Assembly (NCBI GenBank): GCA_965218295.1
Contig: CBDCKN010000013.1
Location: 352,001-416,000, forward strand
From: Longimicrobiales bacterium
GTDB lineage: Bacteria; Gemmatimonadota; Gemmatimonadetes; Longimicrobiales; Gaopeijiaceae
DNA: 64,000 nt
Direction: 5' to 3'
Shown: positions 33,184-42,397 of the stretch, piece after piece
How the letters are laid out: the number at the start of each line of letters is the position of its first letter
How positions within the stretch are numbered: the stretch's first letter is position 1
Notes under the pieces: generated by a model
The model's input: only the letters and a program-made list of their open reading frames with translations
The model's database searches: none
What the model was told of the DNA's origin: nothing
Translations under genes and position numbers: made by a program

Positions 33184-33273
33184 ACCCGGGAAATACACCG
33201 GCGTCAGCGTCAGGTTCGTATAGGCAGCCCTAAGGCTCGCCGGATTTCCGGCGCTTGGCAACGGGAGGAAAAC

Positions 33274-33482
33274 CAGTGTGGTGTATCAGAAGTCCTGCTG
33301 CCATTCGGACGCGTCCGCATCCCGCGACCCACTCGCTTCGCGAGCAGGTACCCCTGCGTTGCTTCTCCTCGGACCACGGCCTTCGGCCGCGGTGCCCGCG
33401 GTGCTATTCCTCGTCGTCGCGCCTTGACCTGCGGGCGCGGTCGCGCCCTCGGTGGCTACCAGACTTCTGATACACCACACTA
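33274..33482 (+). mobile_element. Fold-back MITE copy C (209 bp, divergent arms, two inserts)
   Basis: TIR GTGTGGTGTATCAGAAGTC / GACTTCTGATACACCACAC with compensatory changes relative to copy B. Confidence 0.8.
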
Positions 33483-34248
33483 CGAATCCAGCGCCGCGAG
33501 ATAGGCCCGCACGCGTCGGTCCTCGGGATCGGCTTCGGCGCAGCGCTCCCACTCTCGACGGGCCCCCTCGAGGTCGTCCAGTCGGTGCAGCAGTGCGCCG
33601 AGCCTGACCCGGGCGTCGTGGAAACTCGGGTGCATCTCCAAGATGGCGTCGAGATGATCCCGGGCATCGTCAAGGCGGTCGAGGTTCATGTATGCCTCGG
33701 CCAGCTTGAAGCGCAGGTCGGCGAAGCGGGGACGGACCGACACCGCCGCCGCGTACTGCTGAGCGGCCTCTTCCGGACGGTTGGCCACCAAGTAGAGGTC
33801 CCCGCTCCGGGCATGGGAGTCGGCGAGCTGATTGCCCAGGTCCGACGGGAAGATCATCGAGTCCCGTGTGTCTAGGTTGTTGGCGCGCTGGAAGGCCTCC
33901 GACGCCTCTTCGAAGCGTCCCAGGTCGTTGAGGACGATGGCGCGGTTCAGATGGGGCCTCGGCGTACCTGTCGTTGAGCTTCAAGGCCTCGTCGAACTCG
34001 TCGAGGGCGCTCTCCATGTCGCCCATCATGGCCAAGCACAGCCCGGCCTTGTTGCGCACGTCGGCGAAGCCGGGCTCCTCTTCGATGATTCCCCTGAAGT
34101 GCTCGAAAGCGCTCTGGAAGTCGTCACTCTCCCACGCCGCCACGCCCTGGGCCATGATCTGGCGCAGGGACGACTGCGCGGATTCGGAGCCGGGACCCAT
34201 CTCGGGGCGCTGATACTCCGGGGTTTTGTTCTTCTTTTTCGGGCTCAC
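33480..34248 (-). CDS. TPR protein; apparent frameshift in a G-run near 33955
   Basis: FADVRNKAGLCLAMMGD..YAEA then LNRAIVLNDLGRFEEA..FADLRFKLAEAY in the shifted frame. Confidence 0.75.
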
Positions 34249-34278
34249 GGTCGTCAGGTTCGGGGCGAGTAGAGGCTG

Positions 34279-34443
34279 TAGTGTGGTGTCCCAGAAGTGT
34301 CTCGGCCATTCGAGCACCGATGCATCCGGCCCTGCGGCGTTCCTCCTCCTCGAAATAGCGTTGCTATTCCTCGTCGTCGCGCCTTGCAGGATCCGGCGCC
34401 TCGGCACTCTCCGTGGCTCGCGAACTTCTGGGACACCACACTG
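34279..34443 (+). mobile_element. Fold-back MITE copy D (165 bp, insert-free)
   Basis: Same TIR and arms as copies B and E without the micro-hairpins. Confidence 0.85.
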
Positions 34444-34496
34444 GGGCCTACTTCACACTAGCCGCAGAATCTGGCCGGACGCAAGGGGAAATAGGC

Positions 34497-35435
34497 TCAG
34501 CAGCCCACCCCGAGACGTCCGCCCGACGGTCCCACGAAGCGAAGCTCGTCGTAGCGCCACTGGGCTCGCTCCACCAAGGGGCTCGAACCCATCTGATCCA
34601 CCCGGCGCACCTGGAGGAACGCCTCCATGGCGTCCGCGCAGCGGCCCAGGTCCGACAGGCTCTCTCCCATCTCGAAGTAGGCCACGGCCTGGAGGCTCCG
34701 TGGCTCACCCAGAGCGACGGTGCGCTCGATGTGCAAGAGAGCCTCCTCGTCTTCGTTCGTCGCACGGAGCTCCTGTGCGAGTCGGAGCGAGCAGCTGCCG
34801 ATCTTCCAGTCCACCTCACCCCTCTGCCAGCGCTGGATCATGCGCCGATACTGCTCGTAGTGGAGGAGCGCGCGGCGGCAGTCGCCTACCTCGTCATAGG
34901 CCGAGGCCGCCTCGAAGAGCACGTCTGGTACGGTGTCCTCCTCCATCCCGGCGATGGTGGACCGATAGTAGGGCAAGGCCGTAGCGTACTCGCCCGCCCG
35001 GAAGTAGTGACGCGCCAGGGGGAGCTCCATGTCCTGAATGGTGATTCCGGGGCGAAGCGACATGGCCGTCTCCATGGCGGAGGCGAGGCCGAAGAGGTCG
35101 GCCCGATCCTGGGCCGCCCGGGCCAGCCGCACCATGTCCGAGACCGCCTGATCGGTGTACGCAGGGTCCTGCTCGACGGCCTGATGATAGAAGTCCCCGG
35201 CCTCGTCGATGCGCCCCATCTCGGCGTAGGTGTGGGCGACACGGGCCAGCGTGGGCGCGTCGTCCGAGCCCTGCCGGACCGCCAGGCGGTACTCGGCCAG
35301 GGCCGCGTCCAGCTCTCCCCGTGCCGCGGCCTCGTCGCCCCTGAGGACCGAAGACTCGTCCTTGCTGAAGAAGCAGCCGGTCAGGAGGGTCAGGAGGACG
35401 AGGAGGGTGGTGGCGCGGCGGCCCAGATCGGTCAT
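34497..35435 (-). CDS. TPR lipoprotein
   Basis: Lipobox LTGC; multiple TPR motifs. Confidence 0.8.
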   Translation of the reverse strand: MTDLGRRATTLLVLLTLLTGCFFSKDESSVLRGDEAAARGELDAALAEYRLAVRQGSDDAPTLARVAHTYAEMGRIDEAGDFYHQAVEQDPAYTDQAVSDMVRLARAAQDRADLFGLASAMETAMSLRPGITIQDMELPLARHYFRAGEYATALPYYRSTIAGMEEDTVPDVLFEAASAYDEVGDCRRALLHYEQYRRMIQRWQRGEVDWKIGSCSLRLAQELRATNEDEEALLHIERTVALGEPRSLQAVAYFEMGESLSDLGRCADAMEAFLQVRRVDQMGSSPLVERAQWRYDELRFVGPSGGRLGVGC

Positions 35436-35533
35436 GTCGGTTCGTGGATTATGACGAAGGATCATGAGGAGAACCTGTGGCAAAGATCGGACCATCGTCT
35501 ATCGCGGACAGGGCCGTACCGCCCTCCAGACGA

Positions 35534-35606
35534 ACGAACCGCCGCACGCCCTCCTGGAACCGGTGGGCGGGGCGTAGCTCAGGAGTGCCCGGACCTTGGA
35601 GACGTC
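35534..35606. repeat. Direct repeat of the 3' region of the epimerase gene (36496-36569)
   Basis: 73/74 nt alignment with 4 substitutions and 1 indel. Confidence 0.9.
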
Positions 35607-35620
35607 CCCGAGCAGATTCC

Positions 35621-35872
35621 TCAGACCTTGCCTCCCGCGGCAGGTGCGCCCCGCAATAGCCCTTCTACGCTGAGGTCCTCATCGATGGTGGGCCAATGGA
35701 TGCCTTCTCCCTGGCCGATCAAGCGCCACTCGTCACGCTGTTCGGCCGTGGCGTTGAGCAACCGTGGAAACCAGTGAAGAGGCGCCGAGATGACCCGGCC
35801 GTCCACGAGATCAACCACAACCTTGCTATCCAGAACGCGGACATTCGCGGCACGTGGGTTAGAACCGGACAT
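35621..35872 (-). CDS. DUF2442 protein (putative antitoxin)
   Basis: LVDGRVISAPLHWFPRLLNAT..GEGIHWPTIDEDLSVEGLL. Confidence 0.9.
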   Translation of the reverse strand: MSGSNPRAANVRVLDSKVVVDLVDGRVISAPLHWFPRLLNATAEQRDEWRLIGQGEGIHWPTIDEDLSVEGLLRGAPAAGGKV

Positions 35873-36116
35873 CGAAGAATGCCTTCCACTCACGGAGCAG
35901 GTCGTCTCGATTCATCAATACGATTGATTCGATCTTGGTGAGCTCGTGGGACGGCAGCCCACCAGACCGGCGGATGCTCACCGGAGTGAGCCACAGTTTG
36001 GCCACATGACCCTCTCGTTCTACATGCACATGAGGCGCCTCAGTTCCCTCGTTGCTGTAGAAGAAGAAGCGATACGGCCCCGCGCGAAATATCGTGGGCA
36101 ACCCAGCCGTCTCCAA
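35859..36116 (-). CDS. DUF4160 protein (putative HicA-like toxin)
   Basis: PTIFRAGPYRFFFYSNE..PHVHVE..AKLWL. Confidence 0.9.
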   Translation of the reverse strand: METAGLPTIFRAGPYRFFFYSNEGTEAPHVHVEREGHVAKLWLTPVSIRRSGGLPSHELTKIESIVLMNRDDLLREWKAFFDVRF

Positions 36117-36470
36117 CCCCGAGTGATGAACGTGGAGTATTCCCGTCTCCTCGTGATTGAAGAACCTGTCCGTGACAGGGCACCGGAATGGCTCATCGGG
36201 ACCCCGCGGCTCTCGGCCGGTGGAGGTCGGGTTGGTGGAGACCAGCCTCCGGGTCGCTGGTGGCGGAGACCTACCGATTGCTGTCCAGCTTCGGCTGGAG
36301 ATTCGACGACGCCCTGGTGGTCATCGGAGGCGCGCTCGACTACACGGGGGGGTGGGCAGGATTTCGGTGGGATCCGCTTCTGGTTCGAGCTGTCGTGGTG
36401 AGGTGGGAGATCGACGGGCGAATCGGTCAGACGAGTGGCGGAGCAGATCGACCGTCGCACCTCCGTGCGA

Positions 36471-37421
36471 TCACTGTCCCTCCCTGAACCACTCCACGAA
36501 CCGCCGCACGCCCTCCTGGAAGCCGGTGCGCGGGGCATAGCTCAGGAGCGCCCGGGCCTTGGAGACGTCGGCGTGGGTCCTGAGGACGTCTCCGGGCTGC
36601 AGGGGCAGCTCGTTGATGGCGGGCGTCACCCCGAGAGCCCGGGACACGGTGTCGATCATCTCGCTGAGGGAGACCGTGCGACTCTCGCCCAGGTTGATGA
36701 TCTCGTATGCGTCCGGATGTGCCTCGAGGTACTCGAGCGCCGCCATCACACCCTCGAGGATGTCGTCCACGTACGTGTAGTCCCGCTCCGTGGTACCGTC
36801 TCCGAACCTGGGAAGCGGCTTCCCGGCAGTCATGAGGCGGGCGAACTTGTGGATGGCCAGGTCGGGGCGCTGGCGTGGCCCGTACGCCGTAAAGAAGCGG
36901 AGGCAGAGCACGCCCAAACCGTGAAGGTGATGGTAGCTATGGCAGAGGAGCTCCCCAGCCTTCTTGGTTGCGGCATAGGGTGAGATGGGGCGGTCCACGG
37001 AGTCGTCCTCCGAGAACGGCACCTTCTCGTTGTTGCCGTAGACCGACGAGGACGAGCCGAAGACGAAGCGTCGGATGCGCCGCTTCCGGGCGAGCTCCAG
37101 GAGCGCCAGGGTACCGCCCACATTCACGTCCTGGTAGAGGACGGGCTCCTGGATCGAGGGGCGGATACCGGCCCGGGCGGCCAGATGGATGATCGTGTCG
37201 ACGTCGGGAAGCTTGTCCAGGGTCGCGGCGTCGCGGATGTCGCCCTCGACCTCCGTGAAGCGGGCGTGATCACGGCACCGGGCCAGGTTCCCCCTCTTGA
37301 TGGCCGGATCGTAGAAGTCGTCGTAGGAATCCAGGGAGACCACCTCGAAGGCGTCCTCCAGCAGGCGCTCGCAGAAGTGCGAGCCGATGAACCCGGCACC
37401 GCCGGTGACGAGGACGCTCAT
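36471..37421 (-). CDS. NAD-dependent epimerase, UDP-glucuronate 4-epimerase-like
   Basis: TGGAGFIG, SSSSVYG, PYAATKKAGEL, YGPRQRPDLAIHKF. Confidence 0.9.
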   Translation of the reverse strand: MSVLVTGGAGFIGSHFCERLLEDAFEVVSLDSYDDFYDPAIKRGNLARCRDHARFTEVEGDIRDAATLDKLPDVDTIIHLAARAGIRPSIQEPVLYQDVNVGGTLALLELARKRRIRRFVFGSSSSVYGNNEKVPFSEDDSVDRPISPYAATKKAGELLCHSYHHLHGLGVLCLRFFTAYGPRQRPDLAIHKFARLMTAGKPLPRFGDGTTERDYTYVDDILEGVMAALEYLEAHPDAYEIINLGESRTVSLSEMIDTVSRALGVTPAINELPLQPGDVLRTHADVSKARALLSYAPRTGFQEGVRRFVEWFREGQ

Positions 37422-38419
37422 GGACCCCCTCCCCCGGAGGATGGGGCCGGCCGATGCGCCGCCAGCCAGTCCACGGTCCTCTGCAGGCCCTCGCCGAGTG
37501 GCACGGTCACGTCATATCCGAGCCTCTCCCGGGCTTTGTCCAGAGAGGCGAGGGAATCGCGAACGTCCCCCTCCCTTGCCGGCCCGCGGATCGCGTCCAC
37601 AGGTGCCTTTGTGGCCTCCTGGATGGCTTCCCAGAGGTGATTTATGGAGATCCGTTCGCCGCAGCCCACGTTGAACACCTCGCCCGCCACATCCTCGGGC
37701 GCCGCCGTGCACGCTAACAGGTTCGCCCGGACCGCGTTCTCCACGTAGGTAAAGTCCCGGGTCTGCTCGCCGTCCCCGTCGATGGTGGGCGCCTCGCCGG
37801 CCATGGCCTTCGTGATGAAGAGAGGAATCACGGCCGAGTATTGCGACGTGGGGTCCTGCCTGGGACCGAAGATGTTGAAGTAGCGGAGCACCACCGTCTC
37901 GAAGCCGTAGACCAGGGCGAAGGCCTGGCAGTAGTGCTCTCCCGTGAGCTTGGCCACGGCGTAGGGAGAACGGGGTTGGGCGGCCATGCTCTCCACCTTC
38001 GGGAGCGTCGGCGTGTCCCCGTACGCCGAGCTGGATCCCGCGTACACGAAGCGCTTCACGCCGGCGTCACGGGCGGCGATGAGCATGTTGAGCGTGCCCG
38101 TGGCGCAGGTGGCGTGGCTGGCGCCGGGATCGGCGACGCTACGAGGAACCGAAGGAAGGGCCGCCTGGTGAAGCACGTAATCGACATCCTTGCACGCGGC
38201 CACGCACGTCCCCGGATCCGTGATGGATCCCTCCATCATGTGGATGTGGTCCCAGAGGCCGTCCAGGTTCTCCTGCCGCCCGGTGGAGAAGTCTTCGAGG
38301 ACGCGGACCGTGGCATCGGCGTCCGCCAGAGCAGCCACCAGGTTCGAGCCGATGAAGCCGGCTCCTCCGGTGACGAGGTAGCTGGCGCCGGGCGGGACGA
38401 GACCGGAGTCCTGAGTCAC
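37418..38419 (-). CDS. SDR epimerase, WbpP/TviC-like UDP-GlcNAc(A) 4-epimerase
   Basis: LHQAALPSVPRSV, SPYAVAK, FGPRQDPTSQYSAVIP. Confidence 0.85.
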   Translation of the reverse strand: MTQDSGLVPPGASYLVTGGAGFIGSNLVAALADADATVRVLEDFSTGRQENLDGLWDHIHMMEGSITDPGTCVAACKDVDYVLHQAALPSVPRSVADPGASHATCATGTLNMLIAARDAGVKRFVYAGSSSAYGDTPTLPKVESMAAQPRSPYAVAKLTGEHYCQAFALVYGFETVVLRYFNIFGPRQDPTSQYSAVIPLFITKAMAGEAPTIDGDGEQTRDFTYVENAVRANLLACTAAPEDVAGEVFNVGCGERISINHLWEAIQEATKAPVDAIRGPAREGDVRDSLASLDKARERLGYDVTVPLGEGLQRTVDWLAAHRPAPSSGGGGP

Positions 38420-38520
38420 GGGGAGAGCCTCGAGGGTCCGGGGTCAGGAGTCATGGGGACCCCTTCCAGGGTTCGGGGTTTCTGAGTGATCACGGGATTT
38501 CGGCGCCGGGATTCACGCGC

Positions 38521-39489
38521 TCAGTCCGTCAGGGTCCGAGCCCTGGCGTCCCCCGACTCTACCAACTCCCTGAAGTACGGGATCGTCTTCCTGAGACCCT
38601 CGTGGAGCGTGGTGATGGCCTCCCAACCCAGGACCTCCCTCACCACCGAGATGTCCGGCTGTCGGACCTTCGGGTCGTCCTCGGGGAGCGGTCTGTATTC
38701 GATGTCCGACTGGGACCCCGTCTCCTCCAGCACCAGCTCCGCCAGCTCGGCGACGGTGAACTCGTGTGGGTTGCCGATGTTGGTCGGGTCGGTGCGGTCG
38801 GAGTGGAAGAGCCGGAAGATCCCCTCGACCTCGTCGTCCACGTAGCAGAAGGAGCGCGTCTGGGACCCGTCCCCGTAGATGGTGAGGGGCTCGTTTCGCA
38901 GAGCCTGCACGATGAAGTTCGAGACGACGCGGCCATCGGCGGGACGCATGCGCGGCCCAAAGCAATTAAAGATCCTTACGATCCTCGTGTCGACACCGTG
39001 GTACCGGTGGTACGCCATCGTCATGGCCTCGGCGAAGCGCTTGGCCTCGTCGTAGACGCCGCGTATACCCACCGGATTCACGTTACCCCAGTACCCCTCG
39101 GGCTGCGGGTGGACGTCCGGATCGCCGTACACCTCCGACGTGGAGGCCAGGAGGAACCGCGCCGACTTCGCCAGGGAGAGCCCGAGCATGTTGTGAGTGC
39201 CGAGGCTCCCGACCTTCAGCGTCTGAATCGGCAGCTCCAGGTAGTCCACGGGGCTGGCCGGCGACGCGAAGTGGAGGACCCCGTCCAGCTCCTCGTGGAT
39301 GTAGAGCGGCGTGGAGATGTCGTGTCGCAGGAAGGAGAACCGCTCGTTCTTCTGGAGGTTGGCGATGTTCTCCGGCGAGCCCGTGATGAGGTTGTCCACG
39401 CCGATGACGTGGTAGCCCTCGAGAAGGAACCGGTCGGCCAGGTGGGAGCCGAGGAATCCGGCGGCTCCAGTGATCAGGACGCGCTCCAC
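38521..39489 (-). CDS. UDP-glucuronate decarboxylase (UDP-xylose synthase family)
   Basis: [34 protein letters not shown]. Confidence 0.92.
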   Translation of the reverse strand: MERVLITGAAGFLGSHLADRFLLEGYHVIGVDNLITGSPENIANLQKNERFSFLRHDISTPLYIHEELDGVLHFASPASPVDYLELPIQTLKVGSLGTHNMLGLSLAKSARFLLASTSEVYGDPDVHPQPEGYWGNVNPVGIRGVYDEAKRFAEAMTMAYHRYHGVDTRIVRIFNCFGPRMRPADGRVVSNFIVQALRNEPLTIYGDGSQTRSFCYVDDEVEGIFRLFHSDRTDPTNIGNPHEFTVAELAELVLEETGSQSDIEYRPLPEDDPKVRQPDISVVREVLGWEAITTLHEGLRKTIPYFRELVESGDARARTLTD

Positions 39490-39490
39490 G

Positions 39491-39589
39491 TCAGGCCTCC
39501 TTCTCACGAAGCGCCTCGACCTTGGAGTCGATGCTGCTAAGACGGCGGGTGAGGAACTCCACCAGCTCCTGGTATTCGCTTTGCGTCAT
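39491..39589 (-). CDS. 32 aa coiled-coil micro-[35 protein letters not shown]
   Basis: Translated by hand; paralog of the ORF starting at 41065; stop lies 1 nt before the next GTG. Confidence 0.55.
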   Translation of the reverse strand: MTQSEYQELVEFLTRRLSSIDSKVEALREKEA

Positions 39590-39691
39590 CCGCCCTCGGG
39601 TTCTCTGGGGATCCGCCCCATGCTACCCCTTCCCTGCCACCCTCGACAAGGTACAAGCGAGGCGGACCATTCGGGCCCTTTCTTGCGGAGC

Positions 39692-40111
39692 TCAGCTCGA
39701 AGGCTGTGAGGACCAATCCTCTACCTCCAGGGCGGGCACCCGCCCGAACTCCCGGACGTTCGCCGTCGCCAACCGGAGGTCGTGGGTGAGACACGCCGCG
39801 GCGAGCCAGAGATCGTGGGCACCGATGAGCCGGCCCTCTTCCACCAGATCAGCCCAGAGGTGGGCGTGCATTCGGGCGGTGGCGATCTCGACGGGAAAGA
39901 GGGGCATGCTCCCGAGAACTCCCTCGACGAAGGCGGTCCTCCGGGCGCGGGTCACGGGATCCTTCGCCCGATGGACGCTGTGGAGGAGCTCGCTGGCCGT
40001 CACGACGGACAGGAAGAAGGTCTCCTCTTCCCGCCCCCGGATCCGCGCTTCCAGGTCCACACGACCCCTCTCGTGGTCAATCAGGACCGAAGTGTCGATC
40101 AGGACTCCCAC
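39692..40111 (-). CDS. vapC: PIN-domain toxin VapC
   Basis: LIDTSVLI..SVVTASEL..AHDLWLAA..TANVREF. Confidence 0.92.
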   Translation of the reverse strand: MGVLIDTSVLIDHERGRVDLEARIRGREEETFFLSVVTASELLHSVHRAKDPVTRARRTAFVEGVLGSMPLFPVEIATARMHAHLWADLVEEGRLIGAHDLWLAAACLTHDLRLATANVREFGRVPALEVEDWSSQPSS

Positions 40112-40377
40112 GGATCTTCGTCGGGGAGTGCTGGAAGCGAGTCCCTGGCCTCCTGCATATCCCGACCCAACGCCTCCGCCTCTTCGACAGACAGGCGGGG
40201 AAGAGCCTCGATGAGAGCCGGAAGATCGCCGAGCCGTCCACCTCGGGGAACCGGGACCAGTCGAGCCACGGGCCTTCCGCCCCGCTCCAGGACGAAGCGC
40301 TCTCCGCGATAGAACACCCTGCTGACGATGTCCGCAAAGTTTCGGGCCGCTTCGGTCACCGAGATCGTGTGCTTCAT
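40099..40377 (-). CDS. Phd/YefM family antitoxin
   Basis: ISVTEAARNFADIVSRV..GERFVLERGGRPVARLVP; overlaps vapC. Confidence 0.88.
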   Translation of the reverse strand: MKHTISVTEAARNFADIVSRVFYRGERFVLERGGRPVARLVPVPRGGRLGDLPALIEALPRLSVEEAEALGRDMQEARDSLPALPDEDPWES

Positions 40378-40431
40378 CGTTGGGCGGGCCGAGGTGAGGG
40401 GTTCGGGTTCGAAGACCCTGAGATCAAACGA

Positions 40432-40466
40432 GTGTCGGATAATCATATAATACTATTATCCGACAC
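40432..40466. promoter_or_regulatory. Palindromic operator over an AT-rich promoter of the TA operon
   Basis: GTGTCGGATAAT-N11-ATTATCCGACAC perfect 12 bp inverted repeat. Confidence 0.6.
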
Positions 40467-40599
40467 ACAAGGACATGCGGCCGTCGGCGGCACCGCAGTT
40501 GGACCACGACCCAAGCCAACTGTCGCGTGATCAAATCATCGCCGACGGCCCTCCTCCAGGCGCGTCACCCGCCGGTCCAAGGTCCAGGTGGGAGGCCCG

Positions 40600-40815
40600 T
40601 AGTGTGGTGTCCCAGAAGTGTCTCGGCCATTCGAGCACCGATGCATCCGGCCCCGACCCACGCGCATACAGCGCGCGGGTACCCCCGTTCCTCCTCCTCG
40701 AAATAGCGTTGCTATTCCTCGTCGTCGCGCCTGACCCACACCTAACGGCGCAGGTACCCCGGATCCGGCGCCTCGGCACTCTCGGTGGCTCGCGAACTTC
40801 TGGGACACCACACTA
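40600..40815 (+). mobile_element. Fold-back MITE copy E (216 bp, two inserts)
   Basis: Perfect 20 bp TIR identical to copy B. Confidence 0.85.
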
Positions 40816-41065
40816 GCAGCTCGCGAAGATCCTGGAAGCCAACGGCCACCTCGGAACGGAACGCCTCGAGCCTCCGGTCGTTCCCCGACACGGCTTCGGC
40901 CACGATCTGGATCTGGTGGCGGTTCCCTTCCCCGAGGATCTCCACACGCCGCAGGCGCTCGTCGAATCCGTCGAAGCGTTCGTCGATAGCGTCGAAGCGG
41001 CTGCCGATGCGGTCGAACTTGGGGGAGATGAACTCCACCAACTCCTGGTACTCGCTCTTGGTCAT
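40742..41065 (-). CDS. Small coiled-coil protein, C-terminus runs into MITE copy E
   Basis: [27 protein letters not shown] heptads; ATGA overlap with the ugd stop. Confidence 0.6.
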   Translation of the reverse strand: MTKSEYQELVEFISPKFDRIGSRFDAIDERFDGFDERLRRVEILGEGNRHQIQIVAEAVSGNDRRLEAFRSEVAVGFQDLRELLVWCPRSSRATESAEAPDPGYLRR

Positions 41066-42396
41066 CTGGTCTTTGGCTTCATGACGCCCCCCACCGGAGC
41101 CCGCCCCACCGAGTAGTACTCGAAGCCCGCCTCCGCCATACTCTCGAGCGAGTAGAGGTCCCGCCCATCGAAGACGAGGGGCTGTGCCATGAGACTTCGC
41201 ATGCGGCCGAAGTCGGGGTGGCAGTACGGCAGCCACTCGGTGTGGATGACCAGCGCATCGGCGTCCTTCAGGGCGTCGTAGTTCACGTCCACCAACTCGA
41301 TCGAGTCCCCCAGAATCCGGCGGGCCTCGCCCATGGCGGCCGGGTCGTGCGCGACCACGCGGGCGCCCGCCTCGAGCAGGCCGGCGATCGTCACCAGGCT
41401 GGGCGCCTCACGCATGTCGTCCGTGTTCGGCTTGAAGGCAAGGCCCCATACGCCGATGGTCCGCCCCGAAAGGTCCGCGCCGAGGCGGCCGACGAGCCCC
41501 TCGATCAGCAGCCGCTTCTGCGCCTCGTTCACCGCGTCCGCAGCTTCGAGGATCGACGGATCGGTGCCCAGCTCACGCATGGTATTGGCGAGGGCTCTGA
41601 CGTCTTTCGGAAAACAGCTTCCGCCATAGCCGACTCCCGGGAAAAGGAAGCTCGACCCGATTCGCGAGTCCGACCCCACGCCCCGGCGCACGCTGTCCAC
41701 GTCGGCGCCCGTGCGAGCGCACAGGTCCGCCACCGAGTTCATGAAGCTGATGCGGAGCGCCAGCATGGCGTTCGCGGCGTACTTGGTGATCTCCGCGGCC
41801 GCCACATCCATGAGCAGAATGTCGTGGCCCGTGCGCACGAACGGGGAATAGAGGTCTCGGAGCACCGCGGCCGCGTGCTCGCTGTCGACGCCGAGCACCA
41901 CTCGATCGGGCTTCATGAAGTCGTCGACGGCCGCTCCCTCCTTCAGGAACTCGGGGTTGGAGCAGACGTGGACCGGATGGTCGGTCTCGGCCTCAATGGC
42001 ATCGCGAACCTTCGCCGCCGTCCCCACGGGCACCGTGCTCTTGGTGATGACGATCTTCTCGCCGTTCATTGTCTGGCCGATGGTACGGGCCACGTCGAGC
42101 ACATGCTGGAGATCCGCTGAGCCGTCCTCGTCGGGGGGCGTGCCCACGGCGATGAAAATGATCTCCGAGGCCCGGACGGCCTCAGGGATGTCGGTGGTGA
42201 AGCGGAGGCGGCCGGAGTGGAGGTTTCGCTCGACCAGGGGCCCGAGGCCCGGCTCGTAGATGGGGATCTCGCCGGCGTTCAGCCGGGCAATCTTACCGTC
42301 GATGATGTCGGCGCAGACCACGTCGTTACCGGTCTCGGCGAGGCAGGCGCCGGCCACCAGGCCGACGTATCCGGTTCCGATGACTGCTACGTTCAT
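41062..42396 (-). CDS. ugd: UDP-glucose 6-dehydrogenase
   Basis: IGTGYVGL, SNPEFLKEG, GYGGSCFPKD, FKPNTDDMRE. Confidence 0.95.
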   Translation of the reverse strand: MNVAVIGTGYVGLVAGACLAETGNDVVCADIIDGKIARLNAGEIPIYEPGLGPLVERNLHSGRLRFTTDIPEAVRASEIIFIAVGTPPDEDGSADLQHVLDVARTIGQTMNGEKIVITKSTVPVGTAAKVRDAIEAETDHPVHVCSNPEFLKEGAAVDDFMKPDRVVLGVDSEHAAAVLRDLYSPFVRTGHDILLMDVAAAEITKYAANAMLALRISFMNSVADLCARTGADVDSVRRGVGSDSRIGSSFLFPGVGYGGSCFPKDVRALANTMRELGTDPSILEAADAVNEAQKRLLIEGLVGRLGADLSGRTIGVWGLAFKPNTDDMREAPSLVTIAGLLEAGARVVAHDPAAMGEARRILGDSIELVDVNYDALKDADALVIHTEWLPYCHPDFGRMRSLMAQPLVFDGRDLYSLESMAEAGFEYYSVGRAPVGGVMKPKTR

Positions 42397-42397
42397 G

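Noticed and set aside
36120..36460. Short ORFs between the epimerase and DUF4160
   Set aside because: No recognisable family in any frame; cannot support a call
26567..40815. Repeats as a CRISPR array
   Set aside because: Dispersed over kilobases, no regular repeat-spacer period, no cas genes
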